Source of the DNA: Cladosporium halotolerans
Taxonomy: Eukaryota
Assembly (NCBI RefSeq): GCF_011745625.1
Contig: NW_027191469.1
Span: 434,001-498,000 of the forward strand
Reading direction: 5' to 3'
Length of the DNA: 64,000 nt
Notes under the pieces: model-generated
The model's input: only the letters and a program-made list of their open reading frames with translations
Database searches by the model: none
Told to the model about the DNA's origin: nothing
Program-made: the position numbers and the translations under genes
Shown: piece after piece, positions 21,244-34,571 of the stretch
Layout of the letters: the number at the start of each line of letters is the position of its first letter
Position numbering within the stretch: the first letter of the stretch is position 1

Positions 21244-24200
21244 ATGGCCGCTGGAGCAGACGGCGCGTCCAGCATCCAGGTCACTGTCCGCGTGCGACCT
21301 TTCACCATCCGTGAAGCTGCTCAGCTCGCGCGCACCGAAGATGGTCCTCTTTTTCTCGGCGATGGCTCTCTTGCAGCCGCGCCTACAGTTCCAGCTCCAC
21401 ACCTGAAGCAGAAAGGCATCAGGCCTGTGCTGAAGGTCGTGGATGAGAAGTGCCTGTGAGTCGTGCTGGATCACCTACATGTTGGTCGTTTTGCTGATAG
21501 TCTTCCCAGCATCTTCGACCCTCCAGAGAACAACCCGGTTCAGCGATTCAGCCGGTCTGTTGTGCCCTCGGGAAAGCGCGTGAAGGACCAGACATTCGGC
21601 TTTGACCGAGTCTTCGATGAGAACACCACACAAGGCGATGTGTACGAAGCGACTACGAAGAACCTGCTTGATTCGGTCCTGGACGGCTACAATGCGACGG
21701 TCTTCGCGTACGGAGCCACTGGCTGCGGAAAAACACACACAATCACAGGCACTGCTCAGCAACCTGGCATAATCTTTCTCACCATGCAAGAACTGTTTGA
21801 AAAGGTGGAAGAGCTCAGGTCGGAGAAGGAGTCGGAGATTACCCTTTCATACCTCGAGATCTACAACGAGACCATTCGGGACTTGCTCAACCCTAACCTC
21901 GGCAACAAGCAGGGCCTCATGCTGCGCGAGGATGCCAACCAGGCTGTGTCAGTAGCTGGACTATCTTCGCACAACCCTCAAAATGTCCAGGAGGTCATGG
22001 ACATGGTCATCACTGGCAACGGCAACCGCACCCAGTCTCCTACCGAGGCGAACGCGACTTCATCCCGTTCGCACGCCGTGTTGCAGGTCAATGTCTCTTC
22101 GAAATCCCGCGATGCTTCCGTCCAGGAACCCGTCACAATGGCAACACTCAGTATCATCGACTTGGCTGGCTCTGAGCGAGCCTCAGCCACGAAGAACCGT
22201 GGCGAACGCCTGATGGAGGGAGCCAACATCAACAAGTCCCTCCTCGCGCTCGGAAGCTGCATCAACGCCCTCTGCGACCCGCGCAAGAAGAACCACGTCC
22301 CCTACCGCAACTCAAAACTTACTCGCCTCCTGAAATTCTCCCTCGGTGGCAACTGCCGCACCGTCATGATCGTCTGCGTGTCGCCCTCGAGCCAGCACTT
22401 CGACGAGACGCAGAACACGCTGCGCTACGCGAACCGCGCGAAGAACATCCAGACCAAGAGCGTGCGCAACGTCTACAACGTCGACCGCCACGTCAAGGAC
22501 TACCTCAAGAAAATCGACGAGCAGATGGCCCGCATCAACGAGCTCACGGCGCAGCAGAAGCAGTACGAAGAGATGGCGTTCGTCAAGTTCCGCAAGGCCG
22601 AGGCGAAGAGAGGTGATGTCGCGCGCGACGGCATTCAGAGGATCAGGGCTGCGTACGATCATTCTGCGGGCGAGAGGCAGGAGCGCCTCAACAATATGCG
22701 TCGCTTGAGGCAGGTGGAGCGCCGCGTTGGAGCTATCAGTGGCTGGATTGGGGCTTTCGACCAGGTGTGCGACAACCGTGAGGACGAAGAGCCGCCTAAG
22801 TCTATGGTGGCTATGCGCAAGACGGCGCAGGGGATCTTAGTGGAGCTGGAAGGCAGCAGGCAGCACTTCCACCAGCGTCTCGCGAAGAGCAACTGGTCGC
22901 GAGCAATTGATACCGCGCTACAGGATGGCTTGCGGCAACTGCAGGCGCTGGGTAATGCGGCGATGGACAATATCGAAGAAGCGTCGCTGCACAGAGAAGT
23001 CGAGGCACTGAAGGCAAAGGCCGACATTGAAGCGCATCTTGCAGTATTGGACCAGGAGAAGCTGTCGGAACAGGGCTTGATGCAAGTCATGCTGACAGCG
23101 CACTTCGAGACTATCGCCATCCTTAACCAGATCCTGCAGATGAGCGAGGAGGAGGCTATGGAGGCAGCACGTGAAGTGCTGGGCAAGCTTCTGGAGAGCT
23201 GCGCCGAGTCGGTTGGGCAGGTCATCAAGCCAGACGGTGGCCTCCAGATCACAGAAGCCATTCCCCCAAGCAAGGCCGGCACGCCCAGAAAGAGGAAACA
23301 GATGCCTCTCACTGGGCCCAGTCCCATCAAGTCCAAAGTCCGGTCTTCGATCGGCGGACAGGCGTCTGCTCTCCCACCACACATGGCTCCGCATATGGAC
23401 TCCTCCTTCACTGGATCAAGCCCCGTGTCCAGTCAAGCGGCGGCGTCGCCTAAACGGCGTGTCAAGCTTGGTGGTGCTCGCAGAGGTGTAGTCATGACCA
23501 ACACTCCGAAGAAGAAGTCGCCGGTCAAGAAGCGAGCTGTTCGCTGGCGAGACGAGAAGGACGATGGCGAGGGCGCTCTTCCTTTGGCGGAGTTTCAGGC
23601 TACTCCCAAGTTCCAGGGAAGTAGCCCTGCTTTGCCTCAGGAGGTCCTCAGTCAATCAGCCTCTGCAGTCCCTGAAAATGGCGCGGAAGCTTCTGAGAAC
23701 TCAGAACCAGCCTCAAGCCCTGTGCCCGCAGCACCAGTCCCCAGCTCTGACCTCAGGAAATCAGGGGGCGGCCGTTTCGCAACCGGCTTCCTGACCAAGA
23801 AAACCGACGGCTCTCCTCCGCCACCCAGCCTCAACCTCGCCGCCTTCGCCAGCGAAGACGAAAGCAGCCCACTCCGCGAGATGGCAGCAAACAGCGCTCC
23901 CCGCCTCTCCTCTACCAACTCCCCCGCCCGCCACGCAACCCCCGACGACGAAGCCTCCTCCAGCTCCGACCTCGAGCGCTCCCTCGCAACCGACAAAGAA
24001 GCTGCCGGCGCCATCCGCTCCGCCATGAAGCTCAAGCGCACCTCCTCCCTCACCGGCCGCGGCTCCGGCGCGCACGCCTCCCGCCCACGCGACAGAGATT
24101 CCATCCACCGCCGCCGCTCGCCCACCGCGACCTCCCCGCCGCCGCCGTCCGCTGACGGCCACGGCATCTTCTCCGCCAGCCATGCGCGCCGCATGGTGAA

Positions 24201-24414
24201 GAGCGATCGAGAGGATGGCGCGTCCGGGCGCAATGTGCTCAGCCCACGCTCGGCGCCTGTCGTGAAGGGTTCGGGCCCGATGGCTGTTAGGAAGAGCTTG
24301 ATGGTCGAGGGCACGCCGCGGGATGGTGCTCACAGGCCGCCGGTTAGGGTCAGTTCGGTCATGCCGGGGAGCGGGCAGAGGAGCGTGAGTGGGACGAAGG
24401 CGGCGTGGCGGTGA
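21244..24414 (+). CDS. KIP3: Kinesin-8 (Kip3/KipB-like). Intron 21456-21509
   Basis: SIQVTVRVRP, P-loop FAYGATGCGKT, SSRSHAVLQ, IIDLAGSERASATKNRG and HVPYRNSKLTRLLK. Confidence 0.93.
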
Positions 24415-25083
24415 GGTTCCTTGCTTTTCCGTTCTTTGTTTGAACACGTCTTTCCGTTTGGTTCATTTTTCGTAGACTCTGGGATATGGGATGGCTCACG
24501 GCGTTGGCTGTTGTTGATAACGGTACGGCACCGTTCGGAGACTCTTCAGGGCGTTTTTGTTTGGGTACGATATTGCGATTGGGACAATGTTCATGGGCGT
24601 GGCATTGATGGCAGCATGCATAGACTCGCTGGTATAGCATGTTCGAAGAATTGTACTTTATGTGGACTTCTGTCTCTTCGTGTGGTCCCTACACGAGTTC
24701 CACATTCCTTGAGGTTGGGGAGCAGGTGTCGGATCTCTTCCTTCCAGAGAAGGCTTCTGGGTGCAATTCCAGCATGTTTTCTTCATCTGCAAAGGCTGCT
24801 ACGTGTTTTTGCTGGTGGAGATGAAATGGATCTGTTGAGAATGTCTACTTTAGCAGTGATATTGATCTCGTTCAGCGGTAGACCACCGGGTGTGGTGAAC
24901 ACGGTAGCGAGGTTGTCCTTGCCTAATATCCAACGAGTAACAACATCTCTATTCTCCTTCAATTTCTTCATCAAAGTTGTATTGGTTCTCCTTCATTTGC
25001 AAATAAAAAGATATCGAATTATCAGGCCACAAGAAAGGCGCCCGGGGTATCTCGGAATTCGGACTTGCGCCATCTGTCCAGCC

Positions 25084-25221
25084 CACATACCTCTCCCTTG
25101 CCCAAACTTTTCGCCCGTCTCCAGCCTGCATATTCAAGGGTGTCATGGAATTTGCATTTGCGCCCTCCGTTCCACGCACATCCTCCTCCCTCGCCCAAAC
25201 TATTCCCCTTACCCAGCCTGC
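25084..25221. repeat. Imperfect ~45-bp direct repeat (25084-25129 and 25177-25221); the second copy spans the stop codon of the neighbouring ORF
   Basis: cacat..tccct.gcccaaact.ttc.ccc....ccagcctgc occurs twice, ~93 nt apart. Confidence 0.6.
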
Positions 25222-26546
25222 GTCAACTCCAACTCCTCTTCAACGAAACTCTCCAGCTGCGTCAAGGTGAACCCGCAAGTCGCAGACTCGCCGCCCGGGC
25301 GCTCCCACAGACCGGGAGAGGGTGGACACTGAGACTCGACAGACTCATATGGCTTAGTGTCTGCCGCCACATATCCCGGTCTGGACCCTCCACTAACTCC
25401 ATAGGTATCCTTCAGATTGCTCCGAGTAGTGTTATTCTCTCGTCTACTAGGGATCACATCCTTCCCATCCGCCTTAGTCATTGGATAGATAGATAGACGA
25501 GGTGATAACTGGAATTTTTCGTCGGGCTTGTCGACTGGCACCTGGGCCTTACAGCTCGGAGTGGGATCGAGTTGCTCGATGTCGTCTTCCGTGAGTTCGA
25601 AGGAACCTGAGCTAAATGAGCTTTTCCTAGAAGGCTCTTTGAGCGCAGTCGCGGGAGCTTTGGGAGGTGCGCGCGGTGTATTGGGTCCTGTGATGAGGCT
25701 AGACTCGGTGTTAAGGTCGCGGGCTATTTGGGAGCTGGAGTCGAGGAAGTCGTGCCATTCGAGGTCAGGCGAGGATTTGTGATTAGCTAGTGGTACGAAG
25801 GTGGGCCCGTGGGAGGGCTTGGAAGTTACAGAGGTGGCGCTAGAGTCGAGCAAGTTGTGCAATTCGGTGTCGGGCGAGGATTTGTTAGTAGCTGGTGGTA
25901 CACAGGCCAGCCTGTGGGCGGGCTCGGGAGGTACGTGGGCGAAGCTGGACTTGATATTGGGTGGTCGGGGAGGAGGAGGCATGCTTATGGCGGCCTGTGA
26001 CATTTCGTCTTTCGTACTAGGGTTGCCAGTGGGCGAAGGAATTCTCTCAGACGGTTGCAATGCTTCGAGCAGGCTGTCGTCGTCCAGGTCCTCGAACTCA
26101 TCCTCGTTAAGGTCCATTGCCTCGTCGGCTCGTGTGTCCTTCGTCTCTTTCCGTTCGTCCGCCGACTCTCTCGCGTCCGCAATCACTGGCCCTCCAGCAC
26201 CCTCCCCAGCATCCTTCCCCTCCATCTCATCGGCCCTCTCCGCCACCGGCACCGCCGGCTTGCGAAAGAAAGCCCCCAAATGGCACTGACTGCTCGCGAA
26301 GCCAAACTTGTCGCATCGCCTCTGCGTGCCCAGCCGCGCCTGCTCCTCCCTCTGCGCCTTCTCCTGCGCCGCGCGCTTCTTGGCGGTGTCCAGGCGCGTT
26401 GTCTTCTCGCGCTCGCGCAGCGCCCATGCTCTGCGGTCAAGCTGCAGCGATCGCTCTAACTGTTTCTGCTCGCGCTCCGTGAGGGGCTGCTCGCTGCGGG
26501 TTTTGTAGGCGGCTTTGGCTTGCTTGAGCGTTTTAGCTTGGGGCAT
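25209..26546 (-). CDS. Hypothetical protein (445 aa) with a basic coiled-coil N-terminus and a disordered remainder
   Basis: Long ORF with a CAAGATG start context and an internal repeat NKSSPDTELHNLLDSS / HKSSPDLEWHDFLDSS. Confidence 0.7.
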   Translation of the reverse strand: MPQAKTLKQAKAAYKTRSEQPLTEREQKQLERSLQLDRRAWALREREKTTRLDTAKKRAAQEKAQREEQARLGTQRRCDKFGFASSQCHLGAFFRKPAVPVAERADEMEGKDAGEGAGGPVIADARESADERKETKDTRADEAMDLNEDEFEDLDDDSLLEALQPSERIPSPTGNPSTKDEMSQAAISMPPPPRPPNIKSSFAHVPPEPAHRLACVPPATNKSSPDTELHNLLDSSATSVTSKPSHGPTFVPLANHKSSPDLEWHDFLDSSSQIARDLNTESSLITGPNTPRAPPKAPATALKEPSRKSSFSSGSFELTEDDIEQLDPTPSCKAQVPVDKPDEKFQLSPRLSIYPMTKADGKDVIPSRRENNTTRSNLKDTYGVSGGSRPGYVAADTKPYESVESQCPPSPGLWERPGGESATCGFTLTQLESFVEEELELTQAG

Positions 26547-28116
26547 CTTGCGGCGTTTGAGTGGCTAGTAAGGTCGGTTGCGGGGGCATTGTTGGGTTGC
26601 GATGAGCACGCGTGCTCGAGTGCGTGAGGTATGTTGGTGGATTGGAGATGGTGGAAGGAGGAGCTTGCAAGTTTGTTGGCTTGGTTATTTGACGTTGTTG
26701 CCTGCCCGCTGGCTGGCTCGCGGGGGCCGTTTGACTGATGCAACCACCGACTTTGGACCCACAAGGCATGGTCTGTTGACACAATGCTTGACTTCTTTGA
26801 AATGTTTGATAGGTTCCATGGATTATCCGTTTTCTCCCACTCAGCAAAATATCCCTAAACTTCCTCATATTCAGCTGCACGGGGTAGCTCACCGGGCGCT
26901 GGGGAGTGATTTAATTGTACCCAGCTCTCACTCGTATGTGAAGGCAGTGACTGACAGTACTTCATCAAAATTGACTGCAATACATTGCCACAGATATCAT
27001 TGGATTGCCTTTCATTGAGCGTCAAAGTGATCCCCGAACTCGAATCGATCAGTTCTCCCTGCGACATCTTGCCTGCGTATCTACTGTGGCGATACCTCGT
27101 CATTCACTTCCGGGTTGGCGAAACCAGCTGACCCAGCCAATTTTCACACGGCTTGCGATAGTCCCTGTACTTCAACCTTCAGTTGATCTCCTCAGTCCAA
27201 TGACTGCTGAGGCCCCCTATCGTAACTTCTTGGCCCAAATTTCGGAAGTGCTGGCTGATAGGCTGCATCTTGATTGAGCTTGATGCAGAGGGGAGAGAGA
27301 TGCTCTTGGTAGAAATGCAGACGTCGGCAGAGGCTCTCCAATCTTCAAATACGAAATGACGTGCTACCATCCCCCATGGACCGTCCAGATCTGATACTTC
27401 CACGGAGAAGGACGTGAAAGTGACTGCCTCAGATATGAAAACAGACCGTTGCGAGGTGGTGGAATTAGTGCACAAGGTGCGGCGAAAATGGCACTGCTCT
27501 TGCTTTCTTCGAGGAAAATCGATCTGTTTGTCGATAAAGAGTATCTGAAATATCACACGGCCATCGAGCAAGCAGCTGACTCATAGATCTACACATTGCA
27601 GTGAATATTTTCCGCCAGTCAGCCACGTGGGCCTTCTAGCGGATGTGATTGTCATGGGCGATGATAGAGGCTGAGGAAACGGGAGCAGGGCCGTGAGTGA
27701 TCAAGAGCCATTTTGGTGTAGATTGACTTGACCATGATGAAGAATAGTCTACCAATAAGCATCAGTGTCATGAGAAACATTATACCTACGGTCTATCATG
27801 AGGTGTTGGAGGTGAAAAGACGCTGTTCTGTCATTTCAAGTGCTCGCAGTGTCAGTCAAGCATGGTCCTTCGCTCCTGCGCCAACACTCCACAGTTCGAA
27901 CCGCCCAAAATCACTGCCTCAAGAGACTCTTGATAGAAGGATAGCAAAATAAGTTGACTTAACCATCAGATAAGGTGTAATTACCATGCATTGCGGCGAC
28001 GATCATGATATGGTGACAAAGACCAAGGAGCAAACGAACGTAGTGTTCGAGAGCTGAGTGAAAGTCAGCATTGCGCTGCTACAAAATGGGACGTCAAAGT
28101 CGCATTTCCTGACGCG

Positions 28117-28270
28117 GGATTCGAACGCAAAAAAATATCTGATTGTTCAGGGAACAATTCTCGTGTTTGTTTGGTATGGAGGGTGGAGGGGTTGAACTGT
28201 CTCTTTTGGCGTTAGCAACCTCACGAATTGAACGCGTTAACCATTGCGACACGACGCAGCAGCAAGTGGC
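28117..28270 (-). ncRNA. Candidate RNA polymerase III unit that is not a tRNA
   Basis: A-box-like TGTCGCAATGG (28251-28241), T7 run (28135-28129) and B-box GTTCGAATCC (28126-28117); no cloverleaf could be folded. Confidence 0.35.
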
Positions 28271-29220
28271 AGGCAGGCAGGGAGGCGAGACGGAATAGGA
28301 AGTCCGACACGCCTCCCTGACGTAAAAGGGACAATACAACATTATATATCGATTGGCACAGCTAGGGGCCCTGATGAGCTGGTTTGCACGCGCAAGTGAT
28401 CCCGTTGGTATTGCATCGAAGGCATTGCGCACCTCGCAAACTGTCGCCCTTGAGGAGACACTGAGCATTCAGAGCATGCATATTTTCCCGTTCTTGTCTT
28501 GAAGCAGGCGCATTGCCTGAATGTCACCACAGTTTGGTGGTCGATGGCCGGGGGCTGGATTCATTGACCTACCTACAAACACGCCAGTGCTGCCTCCATT
28601 CGCCGCGCAACTTCACATATCACTGCATGCTGCTGCTATAGTGCAAAGTATCGAGCTTTGCAACTCGTTCCCTGCATTAACGTGCCACTGAGCCTTCTGC
28701 AGAGGCATGCAATCCAATCCTCGCAAGGCAAACGAGAGCTGGTGAGAGATAGAGAGTAGCTGCGAACCTTCTACAGGCCGCACCAAACCTAGCATAGCAT
28801 GATCCTCTTCGGAAAGATGTGTTTACTCACGCCTCCTGCTTTTGAGTGCGGGAGGAACGTATTATCCTCCGAATATCTGTCTTCTGAAAGGTTACAAGGC
28901 AGGAGTAAGAGCCAAACGCTGCACTGCATGAGTACCCTCAAGGAGTGCACTTTACTCCGAAAAAAGAAAAACCGCACCAAAAGAACGAGAACAACAAACA
29001 TAATCCATCACCTTCATCAGCATGCCTTGACGTGAAGTCTGGATCTACCATGCTGGACCATTCTTGGCGCATCCTTCGGCTAGCCTTCCGCCAGAAAATA
29101 CCCCGCGCAAAAGCGACGAGTCATCCGTTAACGGCGATCTTCCTTGCCTTCTATCTCCCCGACCTCGCAGCTGTCAAGCCCGAGCGACATCGGGACGCAG
29201 CACGCCTCGGAACGGTCAAG

Positions 29221-31602
29221 ATGTCGTGGCATTCCGGCACCCCGTTTGACGGCTCCATCGACCCGAATCAGCCGCTCGTCGGGGGTAGTGTACAGTCGCC
29301 GCACCACGGTCTGTCTGCTATCTCGCCGACGCTGCAGCAATATCCGTCGTCGTCACGCCAAGGCTCTGCAGCTGAAGATCTTCCAGGCAGGAAGAGAAAG
29401 AGAAGCTACAATGGCGAAGATGGCCCGGAGAACAACGTGGACGACAGTCTGATGCAAGACTCGCCCTCCAGCGCGTCCAAAGGAAAGCATCAACCAGGCG
29501 TTAAGCGCGCATGCAACGATTGCCGACAACAGAAGGTAGGTGAAAATTCGCGTGATGAGTCGCACGCGTCCTGGTCGCTGACTTGCCTTCTAGTTACGAT
29601 GCAACGTTCAAGCAGGTGGTCCTGGCGAGTTCAAGCCTTGTTCGCGATGCGTCAAGCACAATCTGAACTGTTCGATCGACAATGACTTCAAAAGACTTGG
29701 GAAGAGGGCACAACATGAAGAGATGGCGAAGGAGCTGGAGGCGTGCAAGCAGAAGCTCGCAGAATACGAGGCTATGGGGTTGATCCCAAGTCAAGCAAAG
29801 CCTGGATCGGCTTTGAACAACAACGCCTTCCCCCAACAGCAGCCAGGCGGACCTGTCACAAACATGTCGAATGCGCCTTTCCTGGGCCCAAGCGAGGCTG
29901 CCGCGTCGCGAAGCCTACTGGACCTCAGTCAAGGATACCGCGAATTGCCACCCTCAGCCATGCCCTCAATTACACCAGGAACCACCATCATGACACTTGG
30001 TGGTGTCACCATCACGGAGGAGCACCTCAAGCAGCTGTTTGACATCTACTTCCAGCACTACCATCCATTCTTGCCAATACTGAGCCCAGACCTTATGATG
30101 AAGGAGATGAGGCTGGACGCATACTACAACCTCCACCCGTTGATCCACTGGACTGTAATTGCGACTGCTGCTCGCCGTTTCAATCCGCGCCCAGGTCTTC
30201 TAGTTGAGATCCAAGGCCATCTGACAGACATGCTTTGGACGACGCTATCGCAAGTACCACAGACGTACCACGTTTGCAAGGCCCTCGCGCTGCTATGCTC
30301 CTGGCCGCTTCCAAACTCATCAACTTCGCAAGAGCCTACGATGATGCTTGCAGGCGTCATGTTCCAGCTCGCCATGCAGTACGGTCTTCACCGTCCTAGT
30401 CATGCGCAAGACTTCAGCCGTTTCCGCATTGATTTGCGTGAGGAGGACATTGCGGATCGCCTGAACACGTGGGCATCTGTGAATGTTGTTGCACAGAATG
30501 TGGCGACTGGTCAGGGACAGCCACCTCTGGCTAGGTGGGCTTGGTACACATACGGTCTACATCTTGATCGCATGAAGCGCGAGCTCGATACGCGGTGCCG
30601 TATTGAGAAGTTCATCGACACGGTCACCAGGACACTCTTCACAATGCAACGAGACCACATTGTAGAGGTCGATCAAGCACAGCGGGGCCTGTCTATCGAT
30701 ATGTACTCCAGGGAGCTGGGAGAGCTTGAGACGACATTACTTTCCGCAGGAGCTTCACGTATGTTCCCAAAGATTGCCAGGAATTGGAACAATACACATG
30801 CTAACTTGCAACAGACGTTGAGCTACTGTACCTGAAAGCAGCAGGCTTGCACCTTCACTTGTCGGCGTTCTTCGACAAGCCCACGCAGCCTAATTACCTT
30901 GCCGAATTGCGGCATGTCTACATCGCCGCCACGAGCATGCTTACTGCTGTGATCGATCTGCCACCAGACACGCTGCTTTACGTGCCACGCTACATCGAAC
31001 AAATGATCCTTGCTGGAGCTGTCACTCTTCTGAAGCTTCTCAACTCGTCATTCGAATCGCACGTCGATGTCCCTGCTGGCCGAACGCTCTTCTCTCGCTC
31101 CGTCAACACGCTTCGACAACTCAGTGTTCGCAGCAACGATCTTCCACAGCGTCTTGCTGAGGTCATGGCGCAGCTATGGCACACATCCAGTGCGAGCGAT
31201 CAACGCATGTTCAACGGCGAAGATGGCGCTAGCAGCTTGAAAGATGACGGGTTACAACTCAAGGTCCGCTGCCGCTCATCGCTTTCCGTGCTCTTTGATG
31301 CCATCTGGCGCTGGCGACAACAGGTCGGCCAAACGGGGCGAGAAGGCCTTGCACAGGCAGTCGAACACCCGACATCTGTTCCTGCCGATAGCCACGGTCC
31401 AAACAGCCCCAACGCAGGAGTATCAGGCGATACGGCTCACGGACTCACTGGGTTCGACAGCAGCTTGACCGGCGAGATCGATCCTCTGTCTTGGGAAGGC
31501 AGCTACGGCAGCAATGCCGTGTTCGATCCGTTGAGCTGGGCTCTGGATGGCAACTTGCAGTTTTCTTCGACCTTCGGCGGAGCGGATGGTCTGGGATTTT
31601 AG
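29221..31602 (+). CDS. Zn(II)2Cys6 transcription factor, Leu3/LeuB-like. Introns 29536-29593 and 30759-30814
   Basis: VKRACNDCRQQK|LRC...PCSRCVKHNLNC zinc cluster across intron 1 and a fungal TF middle region (YFQHYHPFLPIL, LAMQYGLHRP). Confidence 0.88.
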
Positions 31603-32153
31603 AATGGTTCCAATGCATCTCACAGCCGGTTTTCTTACGATGGGCAGAGCTCTATTTTTCGTTTGAATCGTTCCACGCTGCGATGGCTGTGCGACACGCC
31701 GATTCCCTACAGATGAACGGTTTGCAGAAGTGTGGCCCGCTTCAGAGAGCTGTACCTTAGTACATACATAATGAGACTTCACGACGTGCCTGAGATGGTG
31801 AGCCTGACGTGATCTTCGTGCAAGCTTGACCTGAAATGCCTTGTCCTTTACCTGTAGCACCCATTTGTCTTCTTTCATCGACCACTGCCCGCCTGGTTTT
31901 GTGGGGACCCGAGGCACGGAGGCTGGGAACCCTGCTTTTCTGGGGGCCCACACGTTATCGGTCTCCGCCCAAGCTTCCCCCACGTTTGATCTCGTTACCT
32001 TATCAATGCCGTGGGCCGAGAGCTTACCTCTCAGCCGAGTGTAGGCGTGGTCGGTCAGTCATGTCAAGCACTCCTGTCATTTCGTTCTTGTCTCCTGCTC
32101 TGACAGAAACATTCCACTTGAGCGGCTGAGTGCTGCTGCAAAGCACACCCGAA

Positions 32154-34067
32154 ATGTTACCTCCGTTCGATTACTTTGAGCACAGGGCAGCTTGGTGAGT
32201 GAGCTCCATCTTCCACCTGACAGATTGGACGATCTCGACACGCGCATCCCACGCGACACCCACGAGGATGGCTTGATTCCGGAGCTTAGACTCTGCAGTG
32301 CATTGCACTTTGATCTCATTGCACATGTTGAATCCCTGCTAATTCGCCCTCTTTTCGAACAGCAATCGCAAGCAATCCGAACGCGCCGCCCGACTTGCGA
32401 GCCTGCCGTCGCCCTACCACGAATCTCTCACCGCCAATGACAAAACGATCCTGAACGAGCCCATTGACAAGCTGGTGCAAGATGTGCAAGAGAAACGCAA
32501 AACGGCGATCGATGTGCTGCGGGCTTACGGCAAGGTCGCTTCCAAGGCGCAGGACAAGACTAATTGCCTTACTGAGGTGATGATCAAAGAGGCAGAGGGC
32601 TGGCTACAAGACGGTTCGATCAACCTGCAAGGTCCGCTGGCTGGCATCCCGGTCAGTCTGAAAGACAGCATTGCGGTCGGTGGCTTCGATGTCAGTGTTG
32701 GCTACAGTGTGAACACGGGCAAGCCGTACCCAGTCGATGGAAGCCTCGTCCGTCTGCTCAAAGCAGCTGGAGCGGTACCGTTTGTCAAGACAGCTCTCCC
32801 TATTACTCTTTTGAGCTTTGAATCTTTCAACGATGTTTGGGGCCGGTGTCTCAACCCGCACAACACCAAGTACTCGCCGGGTGGCAGCACTGGAGGCGAA
32901 GGTGCCCTGCTTGCTTACGGTGGCAGTAGAATCGGCATTGGATCCGACGTAGCAGGCTCCGTCCGCGCTCCAGCTCACTTTTCAGGATGCTACAGTATTC
33001 GCTGCTCCACAGGCCGATGGCCCAAGCAAGGCGTCAACACGTCCATGCCCGGCCAAGAAGGCATTCCCTCCGTCTTTTCTCCCATGACCCGGACTCTGCT
33101 CGATCTCACCTACTTCACTCGCTCCTTCATCCAACTAGAGCCCTGGAAGTTCGACCACTCCGTCCACCCAATCCCCTGGCGCAACGACATCTACCAGCAC
33201 TACGCAACCGAGAAGAAACGCCTCCGCATCGGCGTCCTCCGCACCGACAACGTCGTCGACCCCTCCCCCGCCTGCTCCCGCGCTCTCTCAACCGCCGTCA
33301 ACGCCCTGCAATCCGCGGGTCACGAAATCGTCCCCATCGACCCACCCTCTCCCTACCGCGCCCTCGTCATCGCCTCCAACCTCCTCAACTCCGACGGCAC
33401 GCAGACCTTCCGCTCCTACTTCCGCACCGGCGAGTCCGACGACCCGGGCGCCGCCGCCTTCGGCGCCTACATGCGGCTGCCCCGCGTCTTCAAGTGGTTC
33501 TACTGGGCCTGGACGAAGTACGTCCGGCGCGACGAAGTCTACGCCGGCCTGCTCGAGCACTGGCACGGCAAGAGCGCCGCGCAGCAGTGGAGCTGGGTCG
33601 CGAAGCGCGAGGCGTACAAGGCCGAGTGGCACGACTGGTGGAACGCGTTCGCGCACCCGGACACGCCGGGCGTGCAGGACGGGGCCGGGCTGGATGTGAT
33701 TCTGGCGCCGCCGAATGCGCTGCCGGCGACGCCGCACGGGGCCATGAAAACCGCGGCCGCGGCGTGCGGGTACACGTTCATGTTCAATCTGCTGGATTAT
33801 GCCGTTGGTGTGCTGCCGGTGACGCATGTGGATCCCGCGGTGGATATGACGACGCCGACGGAGGCGAGGGCGGCGATGGGGAAGAATGCGGTTGCGAGGG
33901 GGATTTGGAAGTACTATGATGCGGTTAAGATGGCTGGGTTGCCGGTGGGCGTGCAGGTTATTGGGCGTAGGTTGGAGGAGGAGAAGGTGCTGGGTGTTAT
34001 GGAGAGGTTGGAGGCTGCGTTAGAGAGCAGGGGGGAGAAGTATAAGTTGTTGGAGGGGTATGAGTGA
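32154..34067 (+). CDS. Amidase-signature enzyme (acetamidase/FAAH-like). Intron 32195-32362
   Basis: GIPVSLKD, PGGSTGGEGAL and GIGSDVAGSVRAPAHF. Exon 1 (MLPPFDYFEHRAA) splices in frame to CNRKQSER. Confidence 0.92.
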
Positions 34068-34571
34068 GATGGAGGTGCTTAGTCGAGCGGAGGTATTGCT
34101 TTAATGAATTCTACAATGATCTTAAAGCAATTGCCACTCTTTCTGTTCTTTGGAACGGCTTGCTTCCCAGAAACTATTCAAACGACCTCTCACGATCCAA
34201 AGCCCAATCAACTCTCCAGAGATCATCACATCTCACGTGCGATCGCCGCACCATGGTTCTGTCTCAGATATATCGACCCGCGCTAGCCCAGTGACGACAG
34301 CGTCCCACGACCAGTCCATTGGTACACCATCAGGACGCTATTGGCTGCATTCCACGCGCCGCTAACAAATGACCAGATTCTCCACCGACAACGCGGTTTC
34401 TGGGATCAATTGGCGCCAACTGATCCGTCCTGATTCGCGGTTGGCCCAGCTTCACGACCGACGCGCTGGAATCGTCGCCGTGGCATTGGGAATGCAGGGC
34501 GGTGGGAAGTCAAGTTGGCAGAACCAAAGTTGGAGACAAGACTAATGTTCGTGGCGGAAAGAACAACTTCT

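Noticed and set aside
24421..25332. 303-aa plus-strand ORF and short minus-strand ORFs
   Set aside because: No ATG at the frame start and no domain; lies in convergent 3' UTR space.
28110..28260. Intron-containing tRNA
   Set aside because: Acceptor, anticodon and T stems do not pair, and a T7 terminator lies between the A and B boxes.
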